From the NCBI GenBank assembly GCA_965153285.1, contig OZ229115.1: a DNA stretch of 64,000 nt. One strand, written 5' to 3'. The notes under the pieces were generated by a model, which saw nothing but the letters and a program-made list of their open reading frames with translations, did not search any database and was not told the DNA's origin. Made by a program: the position numbers and the translations under genes. Shown here one piece after another: positions 61,306-64,000 of the stretch (positions are counted from its first letter, which is position 1; every line of letters starts with the position of its first letter). The stretch comes from Podarcis tiliguerta (Eukaryota).

Positions 61306-61969
61306 AAAATGAAAATGTTTATTCTGAGCCAAAGATGGGGGGGGGGGGGGATAACTCTGACCTGCTTCTCAAGAAGCAGTTCTGGCTTCAGGAGTACCCT
61401 CCAGGCTTTTACCTGTTCACATAGGGTTATAGAGATCCTACAGCCATTTTCCCTTCCCTGCCCACCTTGCCTCTGGCTTGTCAATTGTAACCTGTTATCC
61501 ACTATTCCCTTTACTGCACCTTCCAAACTCAAAAGTGTTTGAGCAACAACAAGCCCATAAAGGAGGGGGCCGTATAAGACTCCTCTCTGCAAGTTTATTA
61601 TGTGATCTTTGTGATCATTGGCTTATGGCTAAGGCTGCAACTGGTGCACATACATCACTTTCAGTTAGTGGAATTTACTTCTGAGTAAATGTCATTGCAG
61701 TGCAAGTATGTTTGTAGTAGAAAACACAATATGGCACAAACAGAACTCAAACATTTAAGTGGATATCCAAAATGGAGGGGAGAATGGAACCAGGGAGGAG
61801 GTAGTGGCGGTGGTTATAGGGAGAAAGAATCAGCATCAGCCTATCAACTTATCTCTGGTAAGTGTATTAACATGGTGGCATAGGCCTTAGATTTGTTCCT
61901 TAGTTGAGTGAGCTGGCCAACCAACATACAAAAAAACATGTGCCCTCTAAACACTACTTGCCCCACAAA

Positions 61970-64000
61970 ATGAAAACAAGCTGAGGAATGATTTTATTCT
62001 GATTAGAAATTATAACTGAGAGTGCTTCCAGCTGGGGATTTGGCATTGTGACCAAGTCATACATACATTCCAAATGGGTTGCTCACAACAGGTTATTATA
62101 ACTTACTAGATTTCCACTGGGAAGGGTAAATCTGGATTAAAGGGTGTGTGTGAAATAAGGACAGAAATATAGAGGCTAGTGAGTCATGGATGCTGCAGAA
62201 AATACCCATGCATGAGGGGCACCCATCCCACAATAATCACCCATCTGGAAGAACCCTGAAGCTAGCACTGTAAATGACTGAAGGCAAGAACAATTCCTTG
62301 GTAAATCTGAAAAGATTAAAAGGAAGCATGCAGGAGCTGGAGCCCGTGGCTGTTGCCAAAAACCAGGGGTTGTCTCTAATGGATTTCAGCGGGTCATAAA
62401 CATACAAAGTTGCCTTGGTCCATCTGCTCTAGTGCAGTTTACTCTGACTGTCAGCAGATTTCCAGGTTTCGCATGGAGATCTTTCTCTGTGCCTAGAATG
62501 GAAGCTGACATCCTGCTACCTGAGCTGTGGCACTTGTTCTCAGCTACAGGACCTTGTGGTTTCAAATGCAAAGAAACCCAGCTTCCCGCATTCCACCCCA
62601 CCCCCCATTTGCAGTCTAGCATCCAGATAGAAGCAAGTCTTTTACTGGGCAAAAGCAGAGGAGACCCAGCAGCGGCTCTGAGAGTAAATTGCACAAAGAA
62701 CAATGGGATGGATACCAAAAACCAAGGGTTGGAGTGGATGTCCTGCATGCTATTCAGCAGCAAATGAAGAGGGAGAGGGAAGAGGCCAGACTTTAATGCT
62801 ATTCCAGCTTCAACCTTATATTGCAAAAAATGAAATAAAAATGGGGAAATTGGGAATTTCATCCATCTGATCATGAAACTCCAAAGGGCAAAGCTGGGTG
62901 GTCCCTAGTGGCTCCTTCCCAGGGGCGTTGGTGCTAAGAAGCTGGGGGTTTCAGTCCCATGGAAAGCTAGAAGGAGGTTGCTGGAACACTGATAATTGCA
63001 CTAATTCATCAATCCATCGGCAAACGTAGCATCCCTTCCCCGTCGTCCCTGCCAAAGACGTGTCACCCTTCTGCTTTTGCCAAGTCTCGAAGGTCTTGGC
63101 TCGGGGTGAAGCTGGGATAGCACCAAAGTCTAGGGTCTCCTTGGCTCATAAGCTACTGCTGACTGGTGGCCCAAACCTTACAATTTTAGCTTTTTTCTAA
63201 TTAAAAATGCATTTTTTAAAAAAATTAAAAAGTGAAAGAATTCCTGTTTTAGAAGAGCTGTGTACTTGACGGATTCTGTGTTTCTTAAATGCATGGTGTT
63301 CCTTCCAGGGGGTTTTATAGCACTTTTTAAATTTCTCGGAAGATTTTTTGGTCCCAGTTTCTATGCTACCTTCTTTCTCTTTCTGTCTCTCGCCTTTTGT
63401 TTTGGTCTCTTTCTTTTGCGGAAACAGTTCTTTGTAAACCTGCAATCTGTTTTATACCTGATGTAGACAAAATTGAAATCAAAAATTCCAGATGTTGTAC
63501 ATAGCTGCGGAAACAATCACGGGGAACAACTGCCATCTGGACTGTTTCCAACATAGACCATTTGTACTTGTGGTTTTAAAAAAAAGAAAAGAAGCCAGGA
63601 AAAGGCTTTAAAAGCAAAATAAAAATTAAAAATAAATAAATTAAAAATCATCAACAAAGTAAAGTAACAGCCCTCTTCACCAACTCATCTGTCTCTACTA
63701 AGCTGCTCATTCCATGCAGCATGTTCCTTCTGGGTCTGTCAGTCTGTCATAACACCGTTTGAAGTTTAAATAAAGTGATCTCCTGTGTTGCCTGAATGTT
63801 GATCCTCTCTGTTTGGAAGAATGCTGACAACAACCAGAGTCCTCTCCCTTTGATCAACACGATGGAATCATGTGGCACAAGGGATCTCGGGGTGCTGCTC
63901 ACCTGGGCTTGTACCATTTCAAAATGGGGGGCAGGGGGCAGTATATGCATAATGGCTCCCTACCATCAGAAGCTACATGCACATAGGTAAGTAGCACAGC
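61970..64000 (-). other. Possible 3' UTR end of a convergent minus-strand gene
   Basis: Minus-strand AATAAA (TTTATT at 61993-61998) followed by GU/U-rich cttgttttcattttgtg; UTR-like U-rich tracts at 63180-63660. No coding exon was seen. Confidence 0.3.

Overview
Vertebrate genomic DNA, most likely a squamate. Sauria SINEs and a Bov-B fragment point to a lizard, probably a lacertid. The window holds the 3' part of NAV1 (neuron navigator 1) on the + strand. Positions 1-21225 are the end of a long intron. I traced 27 coding exons by hand (21226-51482). All have GT-AG boundaries and matching phases, and together they give 4384 nt, about 1460 aa. They encode the Ser/Pro-rich region, the coiled coils, the KKKKKKSW-LRSSF segment and the AAA+ ATPase domain. 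Two are microexons (24 nt AEERMQSE and 9 nt VYE). A long putative 3' UTR follows, rich in miR-29 seed matches, and possibly the 3' end of a convergent minus-strand transcript. The main accessory element is a 1.9-kb Chapaev-type (CMC superfamily) DNA transposon 359 nt downstream of the VYE microexon. It has long imperfect terminal inverted repeats and a transposase frame of more than 400 open codons, but the N-terminus is deleted and the C-terminus is frameshifted. The introns also hold hAT MITEs with 8-bp TSDs, a solo LTR, Sauria SINEs, a Bov-B stub, CR1 and L2 fragments, and CR1-tailed SINEs with two different tRNA heads. Homology statements come from recalled sequences, not from searches.
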